In this document: in pieces, positions 43,743 to 53,848 of the stretch | Layout of the letters: each line of letters starts with the position of its first letter | How positions within the stretch are numbered: position 1 is the first letter of the stretch | NCBI GenBank assembly: GCA_965656435.1 | Contig: CBFHKQ010000004.1 | Coordinates: 8,500 to 72,499 of the forward strand | Direction of reading: 5' to 3' | Length of the DNA stretch: 64,000 nucleotides | From: an uncultured Pseudosulfitobacter sp. | GTDB taxonomy: Bacteria > Pseudomonadota > Alphaproteobacteria > Rhodobacterales > Rhodobacteraceae | The notes under the pieces: model-generated | The model's input: only the letters and a program-made list of their open reading frames with translations | Database searches by the model: none | What the model was told of the DNA's origin: nothing | Made by a program: the position numbers and the translations under genes

Positions 43743-44096
43743 ATGGAATTCCTCGTGGCCTCTGCCATTGGTGTGCTGACGGCGGGTGGCATCTATTTGA
43801 TGCTACGCCTGCGCACCTTTCCGGTGATTTTGGGCATTTCGATGCTGACCTATGCAGTCAATGTGTTTCTCTTTGCCTCCGGGCGGTTGACCGTGGGCGC
43901 GCCGCCGGTGCTGCGTGACGGAATGACCGCCTATGCCGACCCGCTGCCGCAGGCGCTGGTGCTCACGGCGATCGTGATCTCCTTTGGCATGACAGCCGTG
44001 GTGGTGATGATCGCGCTTGGCGCGTTTCTAGGGTCAAACGATGATCATGTGGACGACCAGCCGAGCGGTGCCGCACAATCGGAGGACCGCACATGA
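43743..44096 (+). CDS. phaC: Cation/H+ antiporter subunit C
   Basis: DPLPQALVLTAIVISF. Confidence 0.95.
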   Translation: MEFLVASAIGVLTAGGIYLMLRLRTFPVILGISMLTYAVNVFLFASGRLTVGAPPVLRDGMTAYADPLPQALVLTAIVISFGMTAVVVMIALGAFLGSNDDHVDDQPSGAAQSEDRT

Positions 44097-45661
44097 CCCA
44101 TTGGTTGATTGCCCCGATTGTGCTGCCAGCCCTGCTGGCGCCGTTCATTGTCCTCGCCGCGCGCCATCACATCGGTTTGCAACGGGTCTTTTCTGTGGCC
44201 GGTGTTACGGCGCTCATTGCGCTGGCCTTGGGGCTGGTGCAACACGCAATCTCCGGTCATGTGATGCTCTATCAATTGGGCGACTGGGCAGCCCCTTTTG
44301 GCATCGTTCTGGTGGGCGATGCGCTGTCGACGATGATGGTGCTGCTAACGTCGGTGCTGGCGCTCTTTGTGCTACTTTATGCCATCGGGTCTGGTTGGGA
44401 TGCCCGCGGCAAGCATTTCCACGCCCTGTTTCAATTCCAGCTGATGGGCATCATAGGCGCCTTTTTAACGGGCGACCTGTTCAACCTGTTCGTCTTTTTC
44501 GAAGTGTTGTTGATTGCGTCTTATGGGTTGATGATCCACGCAGGCGGCACCGCGCGGTTGCGTGCGGGCGTGCAATATGTGCTTTTTAACCTCATTGGCT
44601 CCACCCTGTTTTTGTTCGCCTTGGGCGCGCTTTATGCCGAAACGGGCACGCTGAACATGGCGGATCTGGCGCAGCGTGTGGCCTTGATTGATACGGCCGA
44701 CACTGTGGGCATCCGCGTGGCTGCCGTGCTGCTCCTGCTGGTCTTTGCGATCAAGGCAGCACTTGTGCCGCTGCATTTTTGGCTGCCAAGCAGTTATGCC
44801 GAGGCACCCGCGCCTGTGGCGGCGCTCTTTGCGATCATGACCAAGGTGGGTGCCTATGCGATCATCCGGGTCTATACGATGGTCTTTCCACCTGATCTCG
44901 CGACGACAAGCGGGCTGTTTGACGTCTGGCTTATGCCGCTGGCGCTGATTTCGCTGGCCTTGGGCAGCGTTGGCGTGCTCGCGGCACAGCGCTTGGACCG
45001 GCTGGTGGCCTTTTCCGTCATCGCATCGATGGGCATGGTCATGGTGGCGATCTCCCTCTTTAGTGAAGCGGGCATTGCCGCGGCGCTTTACTATATCGTG
45101 CACTCCACGCTGGCCGGCGCGACGCTGTTCCTGCTCTGTGATTTAGTGCGCACCGGGCGCGGCACGCTAGACTTGACGCCCCGACCGCTAATGGCGGGCC
45201 ATGCGCTGATTTCGGCGCTCTTCTTTGCAGGAGCGATTGCGATGGCCGGTCTACCGCCGCTCTCGGGCTTTTTAGGCAAACTGTTGATCTTGGACGCGGC
45301 CTTTGACAATGCGCACGCCGCTTGGATCTGGACCGTCGTTCTGAGCGCGAGCCTGATCGGGATTTTGGGCTTTGCCCGCGCCGGCAGCGTCCTGTTTTGG
45401 AAGGCCCATGCGACGCCGGAGGCCACGGAGGCGAACACGCAAAGCAGCAATCTGCATGCACCGCGCCCCCTTGCCTATGTCGCGGTGGGCGGTCTGCTGG
45501 CGTTGCTAACCGCACACACCATCTTTGCCGGTCAGGTTCACGCCGTGACGGGGCGAATCGCTGCGGCTTTGTTTGATCCCGCGCCTTATATCTCGACCGT
45601 GCTTGAGACACCTGGCAAGCTGAGCAAGCCCAAGGCCGACGCCAAAGGGGAGGATAAATAA
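44093..45661 (+). CDS. phaD: Cation/H+ antiporter subunit D
   Basis: GDLFNLFVFFEVLL, KAALVPLHFWLP, TKVG, GLPPLSGFLGK. Confidence 0.95.
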   Translation: MTHWLIAPIVLPALLAPFIVLAARHHIGLQRVFSVAGVTALIALALGLVQHAISGHVMLYQLGDWAAPFGIVLVGDALSTMMVLLTSVLALFVLLYAIGSGWDARGKHFHALFQFQLMGIIGAFLTGDLFNLFVFFEVLLIASYGLMIHAGGTARLRAGVQYVLFNLIGSTLFLFALGALYAETGTLNMADLAQRVALIDTADTVGIRVAAVLLLLVFAIKAALVPLHFWLPSSYAEAPAPVAALFAIMTKVGAYAIIRVYTMVFPPDLATTSGLFDVWLMPLALISLALGSVGVLAAQRLDRLVAFSVIASMGMVMVAISLFSEAGIAAALYYIVHSTLAGATLFLLCDLVRTGRGTLDLTPRPLMAGHALISALFFAGAIAMAGLPPLSGFLGKLLILDAAFDNAHAAWIWTVVLSASLIGILGFARAGSVLFWKAHATPEATEANTQSSNLHAPRPLAYVAVGGLLALLTAHTIFAGQVHAVTGRIAAALFDPAPYISTVLETPGKLSKPKADAKGEDK

Positions 45662-46164
45662 TGATTGCCCGCGCGTATCATTGGCTCTTGCCGCACCCGT
45701 TTTTGACCCTGCTGCTGACGGTGGTCTGGGTCATGCTCCAAAATCAGATTACCCCCGGAATGGCCGTCTTTGGCTTGATCCTCGGGATACTCATTCCGCG
45801 CATGACCGCGCCCTGGTGGCCCGATACGCCGCGCGGGTTTCGCATGGGCCGGATGCTAAGCTATAGCTTGGTCGTGCTTTGGGATATTATTGTGGCCAAC
45901 ATAGAGGTCGCGTGGATCGTGATCACGGTGCCCAACGCGCGGCTGCGCCCGGCTTGGGTGGTTGTACCACTGGAGCTGACCCAGCCCGAGGCAATTACCG
46001 TCTTGGCCGGTACCATTACCCTGACGCCAGGCACCGTTTCAGCAGACCTGTCGGATGCAGGCCACAGCCTGCTGGTGCATGTGCTGCACACCGATGATCC
46101 CGATGCCATCGTGGCCGACATCAAAACACGCTATGAGCGCCGCCTAATGGAGATGTTCACATGA
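45661..46164 (+). CDS. phaE: Cation/H+ antiporter subunit E
   Basis: ITLTPGTVS, YERRLMEMF. Confidence 0.94.
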   Translation: MIARAYHWLLPHPFLTLLLTVVWVMLQNQITPGMAVFGLILGILIPRMTAPWWPDTPRGFRMGRMLSYSLVVLWDIIVANIEVAWIVITVPNARLRPAWVVVPLELTQPEAITVLAGTITLTPGTVSADLSDAGHSLLVHVLHTDDPDAIVADIKTRYERRLMEMFT

Positions 46165-46448
46165 TGGACGCCGCACAACTCGTAGAGCTCGCGCTGCGCG
46201 CGGCCTTTGTGGCGCTGGCCTTGGGGCAAGTCCTGTCGATGGTACGCCTGATCCTCGGCCCCACGGTGGGTGACCGGATCCTGGCGCTTGATACGATGGT
46301 GATCAATGCTTTGGGCCTTGTGGTGGTGCTGGGCATTCATCAAGGCGTACAGATTTATTTTGAGGTGGCCTTGCTGATTGCGATGCTGGGCTTTGTCTCG
46401 ACCGTGGCACTGGCGCGGTTCATCTTGCGGGGGGATATCATCGAATGA
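46161..46448 (+). CDS. phaF: Cation/H+ antiporter subunit F
   Basis: GPTVGDRILALD, GFVSTVALARF. Confidence 0.94.
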   Translation: MMDAAQLVELALRAAFVALALGQVLSMVRLILGPTVGDRILALDTMVINALGLVVVLGIHQGVQIYFEVALLIAMLGFVSTVALARFILRGDIIE

Positions 46449-46807
46449 ACCTTGAGATGCTGGCAAGCTATGCAACCGCCGCCTGCCTCTTTATTGGTGC
46501 AGGTTTTATCCTTGTGGGTGTGGGTGGATTGTTAAAGTTTAATGATCCGATGACGCGCCTGCATGCACCCACAAAGGTGGGCACCATTGGCATTGGCATG
46601 TTGCTCTTGGCCTCGGTCTTTGCCGCGATCAGCCGCGGGGAAAGCTCCATGCATGAGCTGTTGATTATGGTGTTCTTGTTTGTAACCGCGCCTATTTCGG
46701 CCCATTTCATCGCCAAGGTGAACATCCATCACAGAGCCAGTGAAACGCCGCCAACACCCGGCGCGGACGACACTTGGTCGACGCTGAACACGCCGGACGC
46801 GAAGTAG
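46445..46807 (+). CDS. phaG: Cation/H+ antiporter subunit G
   Basis: RLHAPTK, FLFVTAPISAH. Confidence 0.94.
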   Translation: MNLEMLASYATAACLFIGAGFILVGVGGLLKFNDPMTRLHAPTKVGTIGIGMLLLASVFAAISRGESSMHELLIMVFLFVTAPISAHFIAKVNIHHRASETPPTPGADDTWSTLNTPDAK

Positions 46808-46837
46808 ACCTGCGGGTTTAAGGCCCTCACACCAGAC

Positions 46838-46880
46838 AAACAAAAAAGCCGGGCCCAAAGCGGACCCGGCTTTTTTGTTT
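46838..46880. terminator. Bidirectional terminator between the pha and TRAP operons
   Basis: AAACAAAAAAGCCGGG-loop-CCCGGCTTTTTTGTTT. Confidence 0.9.
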
Positions 46881-46902
46881 TCTTCCGCGCAATTTGCGGT
46901 GC

Positions 46903-48303
46903 CTAGCCCACCAAAGATGGCAGCCAAAGCACGATGCCCGGGAAGGACACCAGCAGCGCGATCGTCACACCGTCCGCGATGAAGAACGGCGTCACGCCTT
47001 TGAACACATCCTGCACCGTCAGGTCGTCCCGCACGCCCGCCACAACGAAACAGTTCAGGCCAATCGGCGGCGTGATCAAACAGAACTCCGCCATTTTCAC
47101 GACCAAGATGCCGAACCAGATGGCGCACATCGGCCCCGACATGCCAAAGGCGCTGTCGGCCGCACTCACGAATTCGCCGCCGTTCAGCGCCATAACAGCC
47201 GGATAAACCACAGGCAGCGTCAAGAGCAGCATCCCGATGGCGTCCATGAACATGCCCAGTACGGCATAGGCTAACAAGATGCAGATCAGGATCAACATCG
47301 GCGCCATATCCAGCCCCGTGATCCAATCTGAGAACGCATCCGGCAGCTTGGCGAAGCCGAGGAAACGCACATAGATCAGCACGCCCCAAATGATGGTAAA
47401 GATCATCACTGTGAGCTTGGCTGTCTCCAGCAGGGCCTGTTTCAACTGCCCCCAGCGCATGCCGCGGTAGATTGCCATGCAGAAGATGATGAAGGCGCCA
47501 ATTGCGCCGCCCTCTGTCGGGGTACCCCATGCATCGCCGAAGGGGTTGTACACGAAAAAGATGATGATCACGACCACCGCCACGATGGGCAAAGCAGGTG
47601 GCAAGCTCTCAAAGCGTTCGCGCCAGCTGAACCCGCCGACCGGCGGGCCAACCGTCTTGAACGTCACCGCGATGCCGATGATCAAACCAGCATAGACCAG
47701 CGCCGAAAACGCACCTGGGATAAAGCCCGCAAGCAGCAATTTGCCCACGTCCTGCTCCACAATGATCGCATAAATAACCAAGATCGCAGAGGGCGGGATA
47801 AGCGAGGCCAAAGTCCCCCCCGCGGCCACCACACCAGCGGCGAATTGCTTGTTATAGCCGATCTTGAGCATCTCTGGGATCGCAATGCGGGCAAAGACCG
47901 CCGCCGTGGCGACCGATGCTCCGGACACAGCCGCAAAGCCCGCCGTCGCAAAAACGGTCGAGACGGCTAAACCGCCCGGCACCCAAGCGATCCAACGCTT
48001 AGCAGCCTCGAACAGGGCCGTCGTTAGATTGGCGTAAAAAGCAAGATAGCCGATCATGATAAAGACCGGGATCAAAGACAAGACTTGCGCCGAGACCTTG
48101 GAATGCGGTGTCAGACCTGCAACCCGCACCGAGATTTGCAGGGCCTTGCCAAACCGCTCGGGGTCATAGTCAAACCCGTTCCAGCGCAACCAAACGAGGC
48201 CTACAAACCCAGCCAGACCGGCGGCAAAAGCCACGCGCATGCCCAGCACCACCATGACCAAGAGGCCAGCCGATACCCACAGGCCAATTTCAATCGGTTC
48301 CAT
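46903..48303 (-). CDS. TRAP transporter large permease DctM
   Basis: FAAVSGAS, GGTLASLIPPS, TPTEGGA, ITPPIGLN. Confidence 0.93.
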   Translation of the reverse strand: MEPIEIGLWVSAGLLVMVVLGMRVAFAAGLAGFVGLVWLRWNGFDYDPERFGKALQISVRVAGLTPHSKVSAQVLSLIPVFIMIGYLAFYANLTTALFEAAKRWIAWVPGGLAVSTVFATAGFAAVSGASVATAAVFARIAIPEMLKIGYNKQFAAGVVAAGGTLASLIPPSAILVIYAIIVEQDVGKLLLAGFIPGAFSALVYAGLIIGIAVTFKTVGPPVGGFSWRERFESLPPALPIVAVVVIIIFFVYNPFGDAWGTPTEGGAIGAFIIFCMAIYRGMRWGQLKQALLETAKLTVMIFTIIWGVLIYVRFLGFAKLPDAFSDWITGLDMAPMLILICILLAYAVLGMFMDAIGMLLLTLPVVYPAVMALNGGEFVSAADSAFGMSGPMCAIWFGILVVKMAEFCLITPPIGLNCFVVAGVRDDLTVQDVFKGVTPFFIADGVTIALLVSFPGIVLWLPSLVG

Positions 48304-48932
48304 TATTTGCCACCTTCCAGCGCGTCTGCTTCCAGACGGGCTTGTTCTGCGACGCTGAGGTTCAAAGGCACTGCCGCCGGCGCTTCAAGGCCCAAGACTA
48401 ACGCGCGGCCGTACCCCACCGCTTGCAACATCAGGCGCAGCACCAAGACCCCAAAGGCCACTGGCACCACCAGCTTGGACGGCCAGATGGGCAGGCCCAC
48501 GTCGATTGAGCTGTCGCGGCTGCAAAACGGGCGCGAACAATCGAACGAACGGTCAAAATGTTCCCACGCGCCCCAGGTCAGCGCCACAATCAGCACCAGC
48601 ATTAGCAGCACGGAGATCAGCTCAAACAGCCAGAGCACCCGCCCTTTCAGCGCTGAGACCAGCATATCCATGCGGATATGGGTGCCATCACGCTGCACAT
48701 AGGACACGCCCATGATCGCAATGATCGGCATCATCGCTTCGATATAATCCACATATCCCATCATCGGAGAGGCAAAAAACTTGCGCCCCGTCACGGAATA
48801 GACCGCCAAAAACATCAACGAAAAAATCGCAACGCCGCTGAACAGTGCACAGATGCGCTCTAGCGGCAATAATGCCCGGTCCAATCGGCTGAGCAGACTG
48901 GAATCCTCCAGGACTGCGGCAGAACCCGCCAT
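48303..48932 (-). CDS. TRAP transporter small permease DctQ
   Basis: Four TM segments, GTHIRMD motif, between dctP and dctM. Confidence 0.9.
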   Translation of the reverse strand: MAGSAAVLEDSSLLSRLDRALLPLERICALFSGVAIFSLMFLAVYSVTGRKFFASPMMGYVDYIEAMMPIIAIMGVSYVQRDGTHIRMDMLVSALKGRVLWLFELISVLLMLVLIVALTWGAWEHFDRSFDCSRPFCSRDSSIDVGLPIWPSKLVVPVAFGVLVLRLMLQAVGYGRALVLGLEAPAAVPLNLSVAEQARLEADALEGGK

Positions 48933-48956
48933 GTCACCCCTCCCCTAATGGTGCAT

Positions 48957-48990
48957 AAAAATGGGCCGTCCTGATTGCGCAGAACGGCCC
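48957..48990 (-). terminator. Intra-operon hairpin after dctP
   Basis: GGGCCGT...ACGGCCC stem followed by a T-run on the minus strand. Confidence 0.5.
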
Positions 48991-49003
48991 CTTGGTGTGC
49001 GGC

Positions 49004-50020
49004 TTAGCTGCCGGACTTGGCGTCGGCCAATGTCTTGACGACCAGATCATAGAGCTCTTGACCCGGCAGGCCTTGGGCTTCCATGTCCTTGATCCATGCA
49101 TCGCGGATTGGGTCAGCGGCCTTGGCGCGGAATTCCGCGATCACGTCATCGGAGATCACGACTTTCTCGACGCCTTTTTCTGCCAACACGTCATCCCAAC
49201 GCTTCAGCAGGTCGGCATAGTTGGTCAAGTAGTGGTCCAGCGCCTCTGGGATGGAGCTGTCAAGTGCGTCGCGGTGCGCGTCGCTGAGGCTATCATAAGC
49301 GTCGATGTTGACCACAACGGGGCAGTTCACGGTGCCGGGGTTCAAGTTGGCTGTCCACCAGTCCGCTTGGTTGATGGTGCCAAACGACAGGTGCGCGTGC
49401 TGGGCAAAGGCCACAGTGTCCACAACGCCGCCTTCCATGGCCTGATAGGCCTCGGTCGCGGTTACGGACGTGGGCACAGCGCCAACGGCTTTAAACGCGT
49501 TGCCGATGCCGCCCGTGGCGCGCACACGCATACCTTCCATATCCGCGAGGGTGCGGCGCGCGTCGCCTGTACCCACGAGGTTATATTGCGGCATGGGCGA
49601 GGTCATCAGCAACTTGGCGTTCCACTGGGCCATCTCTTCGGTGGCGGCGGGATGCGCGTAGACGGCCGAGGACACAGCCATTTCCTGCTCGAGGTTCTCA
49701 ACGCCCAAGAAGGGCAGCTCGAGCACGGTCACAACGCGGTTTTTGTCGCGGTGATAGCCGGCGCAGAACTGGGCCATCTCGAAGGCGCCAATGCTGATCC
49801 CGTCTAGGTTTTCGCGGTTCTTGCTCAGCCCGCCATAGCTGACGTTCATTGTGAATTCGCCGCCGGTTTTCTCGGACACCAACTCGGCCAGCTTTTCAAC
49901 GTGCTCGGTAAAGGCCCGACGCTTGCCCCAAACGCTGACGTTCCATTCGGTCGCCGCAGCTTCGAGCGCAAATGTCGCTGTGAGGGTGCCAACAACGGCG
50001 CCCAATGCAAAATTCTTCAT
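49004..50020 (-). CDS. TRAP transporter solute-binding protein DctP
   Basis: Signal peptide, LELPFL, MEGMRVR (conserved carboxylate-binding Arg), EAYQAMEGGVVD. Confidence 0.92.
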   Translation of the reverse strand: MKNFALGAVVGTLTATFALEAAATEWNVSVWGKRRAFTEHVEKLAELVSEKTGGEFTMNVSYGGLSKNRENLDGISIGAFEMAQFCAGYHRDKNRVVTVLELPFLGVENLEQEMAVSSAVYAHPAATEEMAQWNAKLLMTSPMPQYNLVGTGDARRTLADMEGMRVRATGGIGNAFKAVGAVPTSVTATEAYQAMEGGVVDTVAFAQHAHLSFGTINQADWWTANLNPGTVNCPVVVNIDAYDSLSDAHRDALDSSIPEALDHYLTNYADLLKRWDDVLAEKGVEKVVISDDVIAEFRAKAADPIRDAWIKDMEAQGLPGQELYDLVVKTLADAKSGS

Positions 50021-50515
50021 GTGATCTCTCCCTTTATTAGCGCGCACGAAGCGCGCCTGATGGAGAAGCTAGCGCGGGGTTTGCGGACTTCCAAGAGCCC
50101 ATATCACGCCGCATCGCAGCAATCGTGCGATCCCCTGTCTTTGCGGCGTGCGATTCTGTTTTTGGGGTGACGCATTGGGCGCTAACAACCCGAATTGGTA
50201 AAAATAAAAAACCACACGAAACTATCTGTCGCTTATGGCATGATTGCTTTGCACATATTGCAAGCGGCGAATTAGACAGTGCATTGCCCAGTTTGGTTGA
50301 CACCCAACGCGCCGAAAAGACGCAAAAAAATGCAGCTTTGGTACAAAAATTTACAAGTCAGCAGCCTTTTCAGGAAACAGATTTACAACGAAATCTATTG
50401 ATTAGAGTAAGTTATTCCTTTCTTTTCAAATAACGCTATGCTGTGCGAGACATTTGGGAGGGTGTCCGCTGCACTCTCTTGGATACGTGTAACACCACCA
50501 AGGAAGACGCAAATC

Positions 50516-52462
50516 ATGTCCAAAACCTACGCTCCCTCCGCTGAAATGGTCGCTTCGGCCAATGTCACCGAAAGCCAATACACCGACATGTATGCCGCAT
50601 CCATGGCGGATCCGGATGCGTTTTGGGGCACCCAAGGCAAGCGCATCGACTGGATCAAACCCTATACCCAAGTCAGCGATGTGGATTTCACGCTGGGCAA
50701 TGTCAGCATCAACTGGTTTGCCGATGGGACGTTGAACGTCAGCGCCAACTGCGTAGACCGCCACCTTGCGACGCGCGGCGACCAAACCGCGATCATCTGG
50801 GAGCCGGACAGCCCAGAAGAGGACGCGCTGCACATCACCTATAAAGACCTGCATGCCAGCGTGTCGAAAATGGCGAACGTGCTCAAGAAAATGGGCGTGG
50901 CGCGCGGCGATCGGGTCATCCTCTATATGCCCATGATCCCAGAGGCCGCCTATGCGATGCTGGCCTGTGCGCGCATCGGCGCCATCCACTCCATCGTCTT
51001 TGCAGGCTTCTCGCCTGATGCTTTGGCCGCGCGTATCACCGGCTGTGAAGCTAAGGTCGTGATCACGGCAGACAGCGCGCCGCGCGGCGGGCGGGTCACC
51101 AACCTCAAGGAAAACGTGAACAAAGCACTTGCGGGCGTTGCGGGCGAAACGCAGTGTTTGGTCGTTCAGCGCACAGGCCAAGACGTCGACTGGCGCGACG
51201 GTCTGGATCATTGGCTGCACGAGATAACGGCAGATGTCGACGCCGACTGCGCCCCCGCCGAGATGGGCGCCGAAGACCCGCTCTTTATCCTCTACACCTC
51301 CGGCTCCACCGGCCAGCCCAAGGGCGTTGTGCACACATCGGGTGGTTATTTGGTCTACGCCGCGATGACGCATGAGATGACCTTTGATTACCACGAGGGC
51401 GATGTGTACTGGTGCACCGCCGATGTGGGTTGGGTCACCGGCCACAGCTATATCGTTTACGGACCGCTCGCCAACGGCGGCACGACGGTGATGTTCGAAG
51501 GCGTGCCGACCTATCCGGACGCCTCGCGGTTCTGGCAGATCGTAGAAAAGCACAAGGTGGCGCAGTTCTATACAGCGCCAACCGCGATCCGGGCCCTGAT
51601 GGGGCAAGGCAACGAATTCGTTGAGAAATGTGACCTCTCCAGCCTTCGTATCCTGGGCACGGTGGGAGAGCCGATCAACCCAGAGGCGTGGAATTGGTAC
51701 AACGACGTTGTGGGCGGCGGGCGCTGCCCGATCGTCGACACTTGGTGGCAGACCGAAACAGGCGGTCACCTGATGACGCCCCTGCCCGGCGCACACGCGA
51801 CCAAGCCGGGTGCGGCGCAATATCCGTTCTTTGGCGTGAACCCCGTTGTGCTGGATCCTGCCGCTGGCACCATGATTGAGGGCGACGATGTTGAGGGCGT
51901 GCTGTGTATCGCCAGCAGCTGGCCCGGTCAGATGCGCACCGTTTGGGGCGATCACGCGCGGTTTGAAAAAACCTATTTCGCGGATTATCCCGGCTATTAT
52001 TTCACAGGCGACGGCTGCCGCCGCGATGCGGACGGCGAATACTGGATCACTGGCCGCGTCGACGATGTGATCAACGTGTCGGGTCACCGCATGGGCACAG
52101 CCGAGGTCGAGAGCGCACTGGTGGCGCATAGCGCTGTGGCTGAGGCGGCTGTGGTCGGCTATCCGCACAACATCAAGGGCCAAGGCATCTATTGCTATGT
52201 CACCTTGATGAATGGCCAAGAGCCAACCGAAGAGCTGCGCAAAGAGCTGCGCACCTGGGTGCGTACCGAGATTGGCCCGATTGCCGCCCCCGATCTGATC
52301 CAATGGGCACCGGGCCTGCCGAAAACACGCAGTGGCAAGATCATGCGCCGTATTTTGCGCAAGATCGCCGAGGACGACTTTGGCGCTTTGGGCGACACCT
52401 CGACCCTCGCCGATCCGTCCGTGGTGGACGATCTGATCGAAAACCGCATGAACAAGGGCTGA
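50516..52462 (+). CDS. acs: Acetyl-CoA synthetase (AMP-forming)
   Basis: [38 protein letters not shown]. Confidence 0.98.
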   Translation: MSKTYAPSAEMVASANVTESQYTDMYAASMADPDAFWGTQGKRIDWIKPYTQVSDVDFTLGNVSINWFADGTLNVSANCVDRHLATRGDQTAIIWEPDSPEEDALHITYKDLHASVSKMANVLKKMGVARGDRVILYMPMIPEAAYAMLACARIGAIHSIVFAGFSPDALAARITGCEAKVVITADSAPRGGRVTNLKENVNKALAGVAGETQCLVVQRTGQDVDWRDGLDHWLHEITADVDADCAPAEMGAEDPLFILYTSGSTGQPKGVVHTSGGYLVYAAMTHEMTFDYHEGDVYWCTADVGWVTGHSYIVYGPLANGGTTVMFEGVPTYPDASRFWQIVEKHKVAQFYTAPTAIRALMGQGNEFVEKCDLSSLRILGTVGEPINPEAWNWYNDVVGGGRCPIVDTWWQTETGGHLMTPLPGAHATKPGAAQYPFFGVNPVVLDPAAGTMIEGDDVEGVLCIASSWPGQMRTVWGDHARFEKTYFADYPGYYFTGDGCRRDADGEYWITGRVDDVINVSGHRMGTAEVESALVAHSAVAEAAVVGYPHNIKGQGIYCYVTLMNGQEPTEELRKELRTWVRTEIGPIAAPDLIQWAPGLPKTRSGKIMRRILRKIAEDDFGALGDTSTLADPSVVDDLIENRMNKG

Positions 52463-52465
52463 ACC

Positions 52466-53149
52466 ATGACACATAAAGCCCCTGTTTTGATCTTGCTCGG
52501 CCCTCCGGGGGCCGGCAAGGGAACCCAAGCGCGTATGCTGGAGCAACATTTTGGCCTTGTTCAACTGAGCACTGGCGATTTGCTGCGTGCCGCTGTGGCC
52601 GACGGCACGCCTGCTGGCCAAGCGGCCGAAAAGGTGATGAAGGCCGGCGGATTGGTCAGCGACGAGATCGTGATCAACATCCTGCGCGACCGCCTTGATG
52701 CGCCCGATTGCGCGCGCGGCGTGATCTTGGACGGCTTTCCACGCACCACGGTGCAGGCCCAAGCCCTCGACACCCTGCTCGCCGAGCGCGGCCAGCGCAT
52801 CAATGCAGCGATCAGCCTTGAGGTGGATGACGCCGCAATGGTGGACCGGATTTCGGGCCGCTTTACCTGCGGCAACTGCGGCGAAGGCTATCACGACACG
52901 CACAAAGCACCGCGCGTGGCCGGCACCTGTGACAACTGTGGCAGCACAGACATGAAGCGGCGTGCCGATGACAATGCCGAAACCGTGGCCGAGCGGCTGG
53001 CGGCCTATCATGCGCAAACCGCCCCCCTCATCAGCTATTATGAGGAGGCCGGCGCATTGGGTCGCCTAGACGCAATGGGCACGATCGACGGGATTGCCAG
53101 CGCGATGCACAGTGCCCTGACCGAGGCCATCGGCGTTCAGCCAGCCTAA
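52466..53149 (+). CDS. adk: Adenylate kinase with zinc-binding LID
   Basis: GPPGAGKGTQ, LDGFPR, CGNC...CDNC, RRADD. Confidence 0.95.
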   Translation: MTHKAPVLILLGPPGAGKGTQARMLEQHFGLVQLSTGDLLRAAVADGTPAGQAAEKVMKAGGLVSDEIVINILRDRLDAPDCARGVILDGFPRTTVQAQALDTLLAERGQRINAAISLEVDDAAMVDRISGRFTCGNCGEGYHDTHKAPRVAGTCDNCGSTDMKRRADDNAETVAERLAAYHAQTAPLISYYEEAGALGRLDAMGTIDGIASAMHSALTEAIGVQPA

Positions 53150-53255
53150 ATAAAAAACGGTTCCAGACCGGCGTGCCGTCATGCGCCGATCCACCGCTCC
53201 CCAAACAGGCTGCGGGCACTGGACATGTGCCCGCTTCCATGGCACCGCTGCGGCC

Positions 53256-53753
53256 ATGACCGAGATCTCCTTTACCCCCTCGCCCGCGCAGAGCGCCGAT
53301 TTACGCCGCGCCTTCGGTCGTTTCGGCACCGGGGTCACTGTGATCACGACGCAGGCCGCGATTGGGCCCTTGGGCTTTACCGCCAACTCTTTCTCCTCTG
53401 TCTCGCTGGATCCGGCGCTGGTGCTGTGGTCAATGGGCAAAGCCTCGCAACGCCATGATGCTTTTGCCACCGCCTCTCATTACGCGGTGCATGTGCTGCG
53501 CGCGGACCAGCTGCCGCTGGCCGGTCATTTTGCCCGGCAAGGTCAAGGCTTTGACGAGATTGCTCATGAGATGAGCGCTGACGGCGTGCCCCTGCTGCAC
53601 GGCACACTGGCTCGGTTTGAATGCCGCGCTTATGATTGCCACAGTGCGGGCGATCATAGCATCTTGATCGGCGAGGTGCTGCGCGCCACCGTCAGCGAGG
53701 GCACCGGGCTTGCCTTTGATCAGGGCCGCTACGGCCAGTTTCAAGAGAACTGA
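53256..53753 (+). CDS. Flavin reductase family protein
   Basis: FGTGVTVIT, TANSFSSVSLDP, GDHSILIGEV. Confidence 0.92.
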   Translation: MTEISFTPSPAQSADLRRAFGRFGTGVTVITTQAAIGPLGFTANSFSSVSLDPALVLWSMGKASQRHDAFATASHYAVHVLRADQLPLAGHFARQGQGFDEIAHEMSADGVPLLHGTLARFECRAYDCHSAGDHSILIGEVLRATVSEGTGLAFDQGRYGQFQEN

Positions 53754-53848
53754 CCGCACGGCCAAACGTCAAAGGGGGCAAGGTGCCGTACACACCCTGC
53801 CCGCCGGCCTGAATTCCCCCTTAATTTAGGGTCGGTCCAAAGCTCGGG

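Noticed and set aside
50237-50253. TGGCATGATTGCTTTGC as a sigma54 promoter
   Set aside because: The GG-to-GC spacing does not fit the strict -24/-12 geometry.
50426-53017. 863-aa minus-strand ORF opposite acs-adk
   Set aside because: Same shadow effect; it lies almost entirely over two well-supported plus-strand genes.
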